The position numbers were made by a program, and so were the translations under genes. From PVC group bacterium (GTDB lineage Bacteria > Omnitrophota > Gorgyraeia > B26-G9): DNA of 64,000 nt. The stretch covers positions 257,210 to 321,209 of the forward strand of contig JAAEQR010000072.1 in assembly GCA_024231215.1 (NCBI GenBank), in the 5' to 3' direction. The notes beneath the pieces are model-generated. The model was not told where the DNA came from. It saw only the letters and a list, made by a program, of their open reading frames with translations, and did no database searches. Positions 1 through 9,638 of the stretch are shown one piece after another. Each line of letters opens with the position of its first letter. Position 1 is the stretch's first letter.

Positions 1-3000
1 AAAAAGAAGCAGCACAGTATATCGCGACTATTGGGCGCTCTCTGGATTCGTTAAAACCATATATCTATAATGAAGGGCTGACTGAAATTGACGAGCTTAA
101 AAAAGGGCGGAGTACAGCCAAAATATCATTTAGTCAATATGTTGTAGGTCTTGCTGATATGTTGAGGGAATATTCATTGTCGGTTGAAGCTTATCCGGCA
201 TTTTTTGAGTTGCAGAAAGTAGTAAAGTTGGAAGGAAAGGTGGATTTTGTTAAGGCAGATGAGGATCGGGCAAAATTAATAACTGCTTTAACCGAAGGCA
301 TCAATACTAAAGAAGATCTGGTTGAACTTGTAGATAAAAGTCTTCAGTTTAAAAAAGGAACTTTAACTGCTTCGGTTTATGCTAACTTTTTAAAGGATAT
401 GGCATTTAAGATCAGGCTTAATCTGGCGCCTTATGAAGAGTTTTGCACATACGCTGATTATATCAGCAGTTATGAAAAAGTGCCTAATGATCAGCTTTTT
501 GCGGAAATAAAATCAGTTGAAACAGCTTTACGTGACCAAGTTTACACAGATGATACTCAGAAGGAGCTGGATAAGCTGTATACACATCTTGGTATTTTGG
601 ATAAGCTTGTGAGTTTAACTATGCTTACCGAAGATATTGATTATTTTTTCGAGTATCAAGAAGAAATAAATACAGATACTTTTAGTCAATTTGTTGAAGA
701 ACAGGCAGAAGAGCTGGCAGTGATGGTTGTTTTGCCGGCTGATATTTCCTATCTTGATGTATACCTTCCCATTTGGACAAAATTCTATGATTTGGCCCAT
801 GAACGGGATATCTCTTTGATTGAAAATACTCTTAGCAAAATGGATTCAGATGATATGAATTTTGCGGCTTTGATAACGGGAGGATTTCATACAGAAAAAC
901 TTGCTAAAATATTAAAAGAGAAGAATATTTCGTATCTTGTACTTACTCCGCGTATTTCGCAGCATGATACTACCCCATACTTGGAACTTATGGGCGGGAA
1001 ACAAAGTATTCTTGATGATTTTGTGGAACAGATGCAAAGTACTTTGCAGACGATGAGTAATCTTATGGAAACAGACGGCAGTATGTCGACTGAGACACAG
1101 CAGATGGTAAAAGACAAATCAGATTCTTTTAAAAGCGCGGTTATTATAACTTCATTTGGCAGATTTGCTGCGCAAAGAGCTTCAGAAGGGATGACAAATA
1201 TTGAAGCAGTAAAAGAAGAATTCAAAGAGACGTTTACCCAGAATGTGGATACAGATCTGAAGGGTTTAGTAAAGAAAGTGATTGATAATGAAAATCTGAC
1301 CGTGAAATTAACCCCTGGCAGTGTTCAGGGGATTGCTACGGTAGGATTAAATAATAATAAAAATGCTTCACTGGTTTTTTCCTATACAAAAGAATCCGGC
1401 GCATCTGGCCAGCAATTTGCGGTATTGGATAAGGAGCCGGTGATTATTCCGGTGGCTACAGGTGCGGCAATTGCTTTAGCTGAAGGTATTGGTATGGATT
1501 TAATGAATGCTTCTCCTAAAGCTGTTATTCAGGCTTTAGTTGAATCAGGTGTTTCCGGGAAAGAAGTCAGGGCTCAAACATACGCGGCGATTAGTAAAAC
1601 AATAATAAAACTCAGCAGTCAAACCGGAATTACTACAGCAGAAGTTAAAGCTGAATTACAAAATACAATGACTGAAACAGCACTTCCTGTAGATAAACAG
1701 GAACAGCTGGTAAACGTGCTGACTAACTTTGTTGTAGGGGTAGAGGAAGCAAAGACTCCAAGTGCTAAGATAAATATGCTGCAGGCAGTAATTGATATTG
1801 CTCCGGTAGCAACCAGAATAGGTGAGGCAGTATCAGTTGATTTAGGATTAACTGATACTAAATCAGTTGATGTTATAACGCAGGGAGCAACACAAATAAG
1901 TAAAACCCCACAGCAGAAGAAAAACATTGTGGCTAATATGGCTAAGACATTAAATATAGAAGTTGCGATTTTAAATACAGCTATAGATTCAGCTATAATG
2001 CCGGCGGTGACAGCGGAGAGTCCGGCGGTGATACGTACCGCAAAGTCTGTAGTTGCAAAACTTGATTTATTCACAGCCCAGGTAGAAACAGTTAAAACAA
2101 GTCTAGCTCAGATAAGTATTAACCCAGAAGCAAAAGCCCAGATAATTACGGATTTAGCGGAGGCATTAAACTTTGATGCCGGAACGAACTTAAGTATTAC
2201 ACAGGTGACTAATGCCATAGACACGGCTATTATAGGAGAGACAGTAACAGTTAATGCCGGAGAAATTAAAACCGCGTTTGTTCAGCAGGGTATGGATGCG
2301 GGGCTTGCGGCTGATTTAGCAGATGTTGTTAAGGCAGAGTTGGGCATTAATGCCAATATTGAGACAATTGACGCATTGGCTGATATTGTATTGGAAAAAA
2401 CTCAGATAGATGTTACCGCAGCGGGAATAGATGAAAATACGCTAAAAAGTCAGTTTACACAGGGGTTAAGTACTGTGGTAGTGACCGCAGCAGCGATTCA
2501 GCCGGCTAATGTTAGCATAAGTAAAGTTGCTGATGTAGCGGATACCGGAGCTCAACAGCAGGCTGAAGCAATTGTCGCCCAGATCAGTCCGGAGCAGGTT
2601 GTCGCAATTAGAGGGTTAGTAGAACTCCAGCAGCCGGATATGAAGGATAAAGCGATTGAGGTTACAGGTGGTGATGTGCTGGTTTCGGAGATAAAAGGTG
2701 CTTTGGAGAATGTGGGCATAAATGCTGAAAATACGATTATGACTATAAGTTTGGGTAATTATAGTGATGGGGTTAAGGTTAATGTTACGCATATCGGAAA
2801 GACAAGTTTTGTCAGTATTAGCTCAGTGAATAAAAGTACGGAAAAAGTGGTTAAGAATAAGAGCAGTTCATTGCTATCCAAAATTGTTGCTTCTGTGGGA
2901 GATGATTTACAGATAAATAGCGATTGGTCAAAAATAAGCTCAAGTATGGCGGAATATCTGACCAGTACGAACGCAGAGCGTTTAACAGATTCCGGCCTTC

Positions 3001-3746
3001 CGATAACCGTAGCAGATAACAATCGAGAGAAGATTGGTAAAAAAAATGTTCTAGCAATAGATATGCGTTATTTGGCTACAGTAGAAAAATTAGAAGATGG
3101 TAAAGGAGTTACGCTTAAATTGTCAGCTGTGGGAAGTGAGGCTATTTTTGAGGCGATTACTAAGAAAATAGATATTATCGCGTATATCCCGGAGGAGATG
3201 ATGGGTGAGCAGGGAAAAACCATGGATACGCATGATTTGGTCAGAGGCTTAGAAGAACTAGGAATTCCCATGGAACATTTTAGCCTGGTGGTAGATAAAA
3301 AGATTGCGCAGCATGTAAGTGGAGTAGAAACAGTATCGCTAGAAACAGTAAAAGCTGTTGCTGAGAAAAAACACGGGGCAAATAATGTACGCATGCATTT
3401 TGCTGTGCAGGATAATCCAGATGATGTGGCGATACTTCAAAAAATGGAGGGAGTAACTTATACTGTGTTTAAAGCAAAATTAGAGCCAACTGAAGTACGT
3501 GTTATGGATTATGATATGCCGAAGATGCTTACTTCCATGATTCTTGGCAAAAGCCAGGAGTTGACCCAGGAAGATAAAGAGGCTGCAGTTGGGGTGATTT
3601 TGGCATCTATAAACGTTGATTGGTCTAAAGCTGATTTAAAGACTTTTTCCGAGACAGGATTAGAATCTTTGAATGAAACCACCAACAAGACAGAGTATTT
3701 GGATAAAAAATATGAACTTGTAGTAGCTTTTGGTACAGAAGCATAA
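1..3746 (+). CDS. 5'-truncated large protein: N-terminal TIKI/ChaN/EreA-like domain (paralogue of 3945-5534 and 7848-9539) fused to a long Ala/Thr/Val/Ile-rich region of unknown function
   Basis: Frame is open from nt 3 (KEAAQYIATIGRSLDSLKPYIYN...) into the track ORF at 159, so the true start is upstream of the window. Shares LPADISYLDVYLP, RD..L..NT, ITGGFH and ISYLVLTP with the next ORF. Confidence 0.85.
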   Translation, partial: KEAAQYIATIGRSLDSLKPYIYNEGLTEIDELKKGRSTAKISFSQYVVGLADMLREYSLSVEAYPAFFELQKVVKLEGKVDFVKADEDRAKLITALTEGINTKEDLVELVDKSLQFKKGTLTASVYANFLKDMAFKIRLNLAPYEEFCTYADYISSYEKVPNDQLFAEIKSVETALRDQVYTDDTQKELDKLYTHLGILDKLVSLTMLTEDIDYFFEYQEEINTDTFSQFVEEQAEELAVMVVLPADISYLDVYLPIWTKFYDLAHERDISLIENTLSKMDSDDMNFAALITGGFHTEKLAKILKEKNISYLVLTPRISQHDTTPYLELMGGKQSILDDFVEQMQSTLQTMSNLMETDGSMSTETQQMVKDKSDSFKSAVIITSFGRFAAQRASEGMTNIEAVKEEFKETFTQNVDTDLKGLVKKVIDNENLTVKLTPGSVQGIATVGLNNNKNASLVFSYTKESGASGQQFAVLDKEPVIIPVATGAAIALAEGIGMDLMNASPKAVIQALVESGVSGKEVRAQTYAAISKTIIKLSSQTGITTAEVKAELQNTMTETALPVDKQEQLVNVLTNFVVGVEEAKTPSAKINMLQAVIDIAPVATRIGEAVSVDLGLTDTKSVDVITQGATQISKTPQQKKNIVANMAKTLNIEVAILNTAIDSAIMPAVTAESPAVIRTAKSVVAKLDLFTAQVETVKTSLAQISINPEAKAQIITDLAEALNFDAGTNLSITQVTNAIDTAIIGETVTVNAGEIKTAFVQQGMDAGLAADLADVVKAELGINANIETIDALADIVLEKTQIDVTAAGIDENTLKSQFTQGLSTVVVTAAAIQPANVSISKVADVADTGAQQQAEAIVAQISPEQVVAIRGLVELQQPDMKDKAIEVTGGDVLVSEIKGALENVGINAENTIMTISLGNYSDGVKVNVTHIGKTSFVSISSVNKSTEKVVKNKSSSLLSKIVASVGDDLQINSDWSKISSSMAEYLTSTNAERLTDSGLPITVADNNREKIGKKNVLAIDMRYLATVEKLEDGKGVTLKLSAVGSEAIFEAITKKIDIIAYIPEEMMGEQGKTMDTHDLVRGLEELGIPMEHFSLVVDKKIAQHVSGVETVSLETVKAVAEKKHGANNVRMHFAVQDNPDDVAILQKMEGVTYTVFKAKLEPTEVRVMDYDMPKMLTSMILGKSQELTQEDKEAAVGVILASINVDWSKADLKTFSETGLESLNETTNKTEYLDKKYELVVAFGTEA

Positions 3747-3771
3747 ATCTGGATTTCGAGTAACGAATATG

Positions 3772-3805
3772 AAGAGGTTGTTATTTATTTAACAGCCTCT
3801 TTTTT
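3772..3805 (+). terminator. Rho-independent terminator
   Basis: AAGAGGTTGTTA/TAACAGCCTCTT stem followed by a T run, 26 nt after the stop codon. Confidence 0.8.
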
Positions 3806-3853
3806 ATTTTATATAAAGTATGGTAAAATAGATGTTATTAGTATTAGCTTGCG

Positions 3854-3882
3854 TTGACAGGTTGAAAAACAGGTGGTATACT
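3854..3882 (+). promoter_or_regulatory. sigma70-type promoter
   Basis: TTGACA-17 bp-TATACT with extended -10 TG. SD AAGGAGG precedes ATG 3945. Confidence 0.8.
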
Positions 3883-3944
3883 TGATTGTTTTTATTATAA
3901 CCTTGTTTGTAAAATAAAATTCATACTTTAAAGGAGGATGGGGA

Positions 3945-5534
3945 ATGCAGGAAGTTAAGGGAAAATTGGCAAAATTATTCATATTGATTGTAGTGTTTGG
4001 GTTAAGTGCAGGGGAAGGTATTTCCTTTGCCCAGGATGTAGCAGAAGAAGAATCGCAAAAACCTAAAGATATCTTTAATATGGTAATTCCTTCAGACTGG
4101 GGGCGTGTCAGAGATGTATATAAAGGAAGCAAAGGCCAAAAGCAGGTAATTGTCCATATTCAGGATGCGCATTGTAACTACGATGCCCAGACAAATATTG
4201 GTAATATTTTAAACAAACTGGTAGAAGAATACGGTCTGAGCATAGCGGGTATAGAGGGAGCAACGGGCAAACTGGAGACAGAAGAGTTTTCTAGTTTTCC
4301 CGAAGATGATATCCGATATCAAGCTGCAGATTACTTTGTGCGCCAGGGTAAAATGAGCGGGGCGGAAGCTTTGGTTATCAGCCGGGGGGTAGAATATCCC
4401 TTGGAGCTTTACGGGATTGAAGATGGAGTATTATATTTAGATAACTTTAAGGCCTACCAGACATCACTTCCTTTTAAAAATGAGGCAAAGGTATTTTTCA
4501 TCAATCTAAAATATGCTCTTACCCGACTCAAAATGTTTTTATATAATACCGACTTGCTTGAATTCGATGTGCAGAAAAACGAGTTTGAGAAGAAAGTCCT
4601 ATCGCTTAATGATTATATTATTTTTCTATCTGGAGAAATGGCGAAGTACAATATTAATAAAACGGGATATGAGAATCTTTCTCGGTTGATTAAAGTAAAT
4701 AAAACAGAAGATAAGATAGATTTTGCTAAAGCAGAAGAAGAACGCACTAAATTGCTGACCGAACTTACCGGGATACTCTCAGAAGATGATATAAAAGCAT
4801 TACTTGATCAGGGAGTTGACTATCGCAACGGAAATATAACGGCAGCTCGTTATCTTGAGTTTGTTAGAGAACTGGCTCAGAATAATGAGATGAATCTTGA
4901 AGATTATAAGAACTTGGACCAGTACATTGATTACTCAGAAACGTATGATAAGATAAATAGTGCTTTGCTGTTTGATGAGATATGGCAGATTGAAGATGCA
5001 ATAAAAACTAACCTTTATACCGATGATGAGCAGGCAAAGCTGGACCTTTTGATTCGTGGGATGGAGACAATGGAGCGGCTTGTGGATATTAAGATGGTTA
5101 ACCGGGATCTTTCTTTTTATCAGGAACATAGTGACGAATTCAAGACAGATTCATACTATACCTTTATTACTAAGCAGGTAGAAAGATTCAAACTTGATAT
5201 TAACTTGCCTTCTGATATTAGTTACTTAGATGTTTATATCCCAGCCTGGGTCAATTTCTACAAAGTTGCGGGGAAAAGAGACGAAGCAATGATAGATAAC
5301 ACTATAAAGGTGATGGTCGAGAAAGACCGGAAAATAATGGCTATGGTTACCGGGGGCTTTCATACCCGGGAGCTGACTCGTATTATGCGGGATCGAGATG
5401 TCTCCTATATAGTTGTTACTCCGCACATCAAAAGCAATGAAGGTAATCGTTATTTTGATCTGCTTACCGGGGGAAAGACAGATTTAGAAAACTTCGTAGA
5501 AGCGATGAGTGAAGAAGTAACTTTGAAAGAGTAG
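3945..5534 (+). CDS. Exported protein with TIKI/TraB/ChaN/EreA-like metal-site motifs (putative metallopeptidase or hydrolase)
   Basis: Signal peptide ending SFA-Q. Motifs IQDAH, GIEG, KRDEAM and VTGGFH occur in the H...E...RD..M...GxxH order typical of that superfamily. Fold assignment is inference. Confidence 0.7.
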   Translation: MQEVKGKLAKLFILIVVFGLSAGEGISFAQDVAEEESQKPKDIFNMVIPSDWGRVRDVYKGSKGQKQVIVHIQDAHCNYDAQTNIGNILNKLVEEYGLSIAGIEGATGKLETEEFSSFPEDDIRYQAADYFVRQGKMSGAEALVISRGVEYPLELYGIEDGVLYLDNFKAYQTSLPFKNEAKVFFINLKYALTRLKMFLYNTDLLEFDVQKNEFEKKVLSLNDYIIFLSGEMAKYNINKTGYENLSRLIKVNKTEDKIDFAKAEEERTKLLTELTGILSEDDIKALLDQGVDYRNGNITAARYLEFVRELAQNNEMNLEDYKNLDQYIDYSETYDKINSALLFDEIWQIEDAIKTNLYTDDEQAKLDLLIRGMETMERLVDIKMVNRDLSFYQEHSDEFKTDSYYTFITKQVERFKLDINLPSDISYLDVYIPAWVNFYKVAGKRDEAMIDNTIKVMVEKDRKIMAMVTGGFHTRELTRIMRDRDVSYIVVTPHIKSNEGNRYFDLLTGGKTDLENFVEAMSEEVTLKE

Positions 5535-5558
5535 TTAAAAAAAACAAAGACCATGATT

Positions 5559-5640
5559 GCAAGTTATTTATTTATAACACGTTATGAATATAAAAAAAAA
5601 TTGCGATACTCTTGCAAAATATAAAATCGTGTGGTATACT
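5559..5640 (+). promoter_or_regulatory. 26-bp upstream motif (5559-5584) plus sigma70 promoter (5612-5640)
   Basis: GCAAGTTATTTATTTATAACACGTTA, then TTGCAA-17 bp-TATACT with extended -10 TG. Confidence 0.65.
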
Positions 5641-5780
5641 TTATCAACTTCTTTGTTTTACTTGTAATAATTTTTGTAGATTTTAATCAGTTTTAAAGTT
5701 TTGGGGCAGTTGAAAAAAAGGAAGAAAAAGTGAAGGAAAAAATGAAGAGTTTAACAATGGGTGACAAAAAAGGAGGAAGT

Positions 5781-7691
5781 ATGTTTAGAAAGGTATTATC
5801 GGTATTAATTATTTGTTCTTTTATGTTTTCTAATGCTTGTTTTGCTATGCCCGCAGCCGCTATACAGGCGAATGTGGATAATATGGCTTTGCAGAGCTTA
5901 GCGCAGGAATTTAAAGGAAATGTAGACCAAAAATTCGTAGATGCTTTTAAAACTAAAGTTGAGGCTGATAAAGCGGGATTTAGGGTATTATTGACTTTAT
6001 TAACCGGTAATAAATATGCTGATGATCAAGCAGCATTCGACACGATCATGGAAATGGCAAAAACTAGTAAACAGGACGGGGATTCGGTAAGTGATTTTTT
6101 ACTTAAAATGAAGATGAAAGTGGAAAAGGGTGTTGTTACCGGAACAACCCAAGGTGGTGTTACTATTAGTGCTACTGAGGAAAATAATAAGGTAGTAGTG
6201 AGTGACTCGAAAAGCTTAGAAGCAGAGATTGCTGCTGCAATACCTGGAAAAAATGCGCACAATGGTCGCTGGGATGTAACAGCTGAAGAAAAAGCTACTG
6301 GCGAGCTTATTACACTTGATGTTATCAGTGATGAACAGATGGAAGCAAGCGAAGAACTTACAGCTGCGGAATATAAGGCAGTAGAAGCAGCAATTGCAGA
6401 TATTAAAGCTGATGCTGAAAAGAATGCAGATAAGATGACTGTGGAAGAAAAAGCAGCAGTTGACAGATTAGACGATATGCTGAAAAATCATCAGATTAAA
6501 TCTATTGTAGATGTAGTAGAAGCACAGCATAAATATTCTTTTGGTGTAGAAAAGGAAAATGCTGATAAAAGCTTTACTTTCGGAGTTGGCAAAGCTATTC
6601 TTTCTCATGAGAATAAAAAAGTTTTAAAACAGAATATTTTACACTCAGCTTTAGCTGCAGGTAATGAAGGAAGTTTTGAAGCGCATTTAGATGTTATTAA
6701 GCGTCAGGCTGTGATTACTTCTCAGGATGAAGCAGACGAAGTTGGTACAGCGATGAATAAGTTGAAAAATGATATGTTGAAAAAAGTCACAGTAGATAAT
6801 GTTATTAAAGAAGGCAAACAGCTTAATACAGCTGAAAGTAAAAAAGTATTAAAGGATGCTGGTCTTGCGCAGGGTGATATGACCGATGACGTAATGGTGG
6901 ACTCGGTTAATAAAGTAATTGCAGAAGGATATGACCAGGATGTTCGTATTCCTATGATTTCATCTGGAAAAATATTCAATAAAAAGTTAAGTGCTGTTAA
7001 ATATAGACATGGTAGAGGTAGTAAAACTTCAGCGGCGTTGACGGTTAAAGAATTGACTGATATGATTAAAGAAGGAAAAGCTACAGCTTTAACTAAAGAG
7101 GTTAGTACTTTCCTTGATAAAAGTGTGGATGAAAACGGCGAATTAATGCCGAATACTGTTTTATCATCTCTTTTAACAGTTGCTCAAGAAGTAGGAAAGA
7201 ATACAGAGATAACTGGACCTAAACCGTTGAATATTGTTGATCTTGATGATACATCTTATGCTCGTTTAGAAGAGATTATTAAAGTTTGGGATGTTGCGCA
7301 TGTATTTAATCTTCAAAAAGGAAGTGCTAAGAGTTTGAATATTAGCGGAAAAGACTTGTCTATAATTCATACTGTCCAGGAACAGGATGCTATGGAAAAA
7401 GTAGACGGTGCGTTTTACCTGCCTTTGGATGGTAACTTGTTAACTCAGATGGCAAATGGTGAGGCAGTAAGTGAAATCTATGATATCGGAAGTGTATTAA
7501 TCGCAGCAATGACTCAGGATGTTACTAAATTGGGATTAACTGCCGATGCACAAAGTAAACTGAAAGCTCTTAGAGCAGACGGTAAAATAGATCTTCAACC
7601 GGTACTTACCGTAAGAGTTGCTGACGATGCTGCTTATCAAGATAGTTTTAAGCAGTTTAAGATTACATTGGCCCGTTTAAGAAAGGCGTAA
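5781..7691 (+). CDS. Exported Ala/Lys/Glu/Asp-rich protein of unknown function
   Basis: Start moved from 5730 to ATG 5781 (SD AGGAGG at 5771-5776). Signal peptide MFRKVLSVLIICSFMFSNACFA. Has its own promoter and terminator. Confidence 0.8.
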   Translation: MFRKVLSVLIICSFMFSNACFAMPAAAIQANVDNMALQSLAQEFKGNVDQKFVDAFKTKVEADKAGFRVLLTLLTGNKYADDQAAFDTIMEMAKTSKQDGDSVSDFLLKMKMKVEKGVVTGTTQGGVTISATEENNKVVVSDSKSLEAEIAAAIPGKNAHNGRWDVTAEEKATGELITLDVISDEQMEASEELTAAEYKAVEAAIADIKADAEKNADKMTVEEKAAVDRLDDMLKNHQIKSIVDVVEAQHKYSFGVEKENADKSFTFGVGKAILSHENKKVLKQNILHSALAAGNEGSFEAHLDVIKRQAVITSQDEADEVGTAMNKLKNDMLKKVTVDNVIKEGKQLNTAESKKVLKDAGLAQGDMTDDVMVDSVNKVIAEGYDQDVRIPMISSGKIFNKKLSAVKYRHGRGSKTSAALTVKELTDMIKEGKATALTKEVSTFLDKSVDENGELMPNTVLSSLLTVAQEVGKNTEITGPKPLNIVDLDDTSYARLEEIIKVWDVAHVFNLQKGSAKSLNISGKDLSIIHTVQEQDAMEKVDGAFYLPLDGNLLTQMANGEAVSEIYDIGSVLIAAMTQDVTKLGLTADAQSKLKALRADGKIDLQPVLTVRVADDAAYQDSFKQFKITLARLRKA

Positions 7692-7776
7692 CAATACTTT
7701 GCAAGGAGACATTAATTTGTCTCATTGCTTTATTTATGTTTGTTGTAGAATACTAAGTTTAGCATAAGATGGGAGG

Positions 7777-7815
7777 GCGGGCGAAACAAATAATCATGTT
7801 TCGCCCGCTTTTTTT
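7777..7815 (+). terminator. Rho-independent terminator
   Basis: Perfect 12-bp stem GCGGGCGAAACA/TGTTTCGCCCGC followed by T7. Confidence 0.85.
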
Positions 7816-7847
7816 GTGTGGGGATTGAAAAATTCAGGAGGTGTTTA

Positions 7848-9539
7848 ATGGGTATGTGGGGGAATGAAAGTTTGCGGCAAGGGGGCATGCTTGTGAATGC
7901 AAAGGAGATACTCAAGAATAGTATTGTATTCACATGTATTTTATTATTGATATCCGGTGTTTATTTGAATACCTGTAATGCAGAGTCTTTTTTAAAGACT
8001 AGAGTTGAGAAGATTGATGCTCCTAAGTTAAATGAGATTGATCGTATTAAGCAGGTCTTGCGGCATTTGGATATCCCGAGGGATGTTGGTTTTGTAAAAG
8101 AGATTCATACGCCTACTAATCCAAGTGAAAAACTGGTAATTAATATTCAGGATTTACATTGTCATTATCAAGCTCAAAAAAATATTGCAGCGTTGATTGA
8201 TCATCTTACAGATACATTCGGCTTGAAACTTGTTGGGGTAGAAGGTGGTTCTGGAAAGATAGATACTACATTCTATAAAGAATTACCCGATGAAAAAGTA
8301 AAAGAACAAGTAGCTGATTATTTCCTGCGTGAGGCGCGGATTAACGGAACAGAATACTTTGCTATAAATACTAAAAAAGATATTGCTCTTTATGGGGTGG
8401 AAGATCCGAAATATTACGATAAAAACTTAGATGCTTTTTTAACGGCTTTACCAAAAAGAGAAAAAATCATGGACGATATTGCGGTCTTGGAAAATGATCT
8501 GAATATATTAAAAGATCGTATTTATAATAAACGTTTAAAAGAACTAGATGATACTGTTGTGGCTTATGAAAACGGTAGTTTGCCGTTTGAAGATTATGTG
8601 GTATATGTTGCCGAGCAGTATGAAGATGGTAAATTAAAGCGTGATTTTAGAGAGTTGGCAAAGTTGGTTGATAGCATTCGAATAAAGCGTAATCTGAATC
8701 TGGAAAAAGTCGGGAAACAGCGGGAAAAACTTGTTAAGTTTCTAACTAAGAAATTACCGCGGTTGGAAATGGAAGATTTTTTAAAGATAACCATGGAGTT
8801 TAAGGCAAAAACAATAAAAGGGATGAAGTATCATAATAAAGTTAAAGAACTTTACGATAACCTTGATGCAAAAACAAAGACACTTGACCGGGCCTGGCCT
8901 GAACTTAGTAAGTATATAGTATATTTAAATAAATATGAAACTTTGGATAACTTTGCGATGTTTACAGAGTTGGATAAGGCTGTGGACAGGGTAAAAAGGA
9001 ATGCTTATACCAGCTATACTCAGAAAAAATTAGATCATAACTTAAAGACAATTCGTTTGGCGCGTAATTTATTTGCTACTAAGTTACTAAATCGAGATAT
9101 ACCGTCGATAAAAAAATATCGCAGTGATTTTAATTCTAAAAAGATGGCGAAGTTTATTGCATCTCAGGCGAAAAGATTAAAACTGGATCTACCGTTGCCG
9201 ACGGATATGGAGGAGATGGAAAAGACACTTCCTATAGTAGAAGATTTTTATTATTATGCTTCAAAACGCGATAATATTTTGGCTGAGAATACCTTGAATA
9301 GTATGAAAGCAGAAAATGAATGTATTGGTATTTTGGTTGCTGGTGGTTTTCATAGTGATGGGGTAGGTGAATATTTTAAAGATAAAAAAATAAGCTATAT
9401 AGTGTTAGCGCCTTATGTTGATGAATTAGAAGAGGATGATACGCGCTATATTAATGCTTTACAGGGCAAAAAGACTCCGTTTGAAGAGCAGTTAGAGAGA
9501 GAAGAACAATTAGCAAAAAATGAAGAAGAACAAGAATAA
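7848..9539 (+). CDS. Exported TIKI/ChaN/EreA-like protein, paralogue of 3945-5534
   Basis: SD AGGAGG before ATG 7848 and an N-terminal hydrophobic signal. Motifs IQDLHCHYQAQ, GVEG, KRDNIL and VAGGFH. Confidence 0.7.
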   Translation: MGMWGNESLRQGGMLVNAKEILKNSIVFTCILLLISGVYLNTCNAESFLKTRVEKIDAPKLNEIDRIKQVLRHLDIPRDVGFVKEIHTPTNPSEKLVINIQDLHCHYQAQKNIAALIDHLTDTFGLKLVGVEGGSGKIDTTFYKELPDEKVKEQVADYFLREARINGTEYFAINTKKDIALYGVEDPKYYDKNLDAFLTALPKREKIMDDIAVLENDLNILKDRIYNKRLKELDDTVVAYENGSLPFEDYVVYVAEQYEDGKLKRDFRELAKLVDSIRIKRNLNLEKVGKQREKLVKFLTKKLPRLEMEDFLKITMEFKAKTIKGMKYHNKVKELYDNLDAKTKTLDRAWPELSKYIVYLNKYETLDNFAMFTELDKAVDRVKRNAYTSYTQKKLDHNLKTIRLARNLFATKLLNRDIPSIKKYRSDFNSKKMAKFIASQAKRLKLDLPLPTDMEEMEKTLPIVEDFYYYASKRDNILAENTLNSMKAENECIGILVAGGFHSDGVGEYFKDKKISYIVLAPYVDELEEDDTRYINALQGKKTPFEEQLEREEQLAKNEEEQE

Positions 9540-9590
9540 TCTATTGTTTTCGCCTTGTGGCGATATTAGGGGCGATGGATGTAAAATATT

Positions 9591-9615
9591 GTAGGGGCAG
9601 AAGATTTTCTGCCCG
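9591..9615 (+). repeat. GTAG-type REP-like palindrome
   Basis: GTAGGGGCAGAAGATTTTCTGCCCG: GTAG followed by a GGGCAGAA/TTCTGCCC hairpin. Related copy on the - strand at 18392-18416. Confidence 0.65.
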
Positions 9616-9638
9616 AGATTAGGTAGGAGGAATTTTCC

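Noticed and set aside
6620-6710. Zincin-like HExxH site in ORF 5781 (ILHSALAA...EAH)
   Set aside because: The catalytic Glu and second His are missing, so it cannot be supported.
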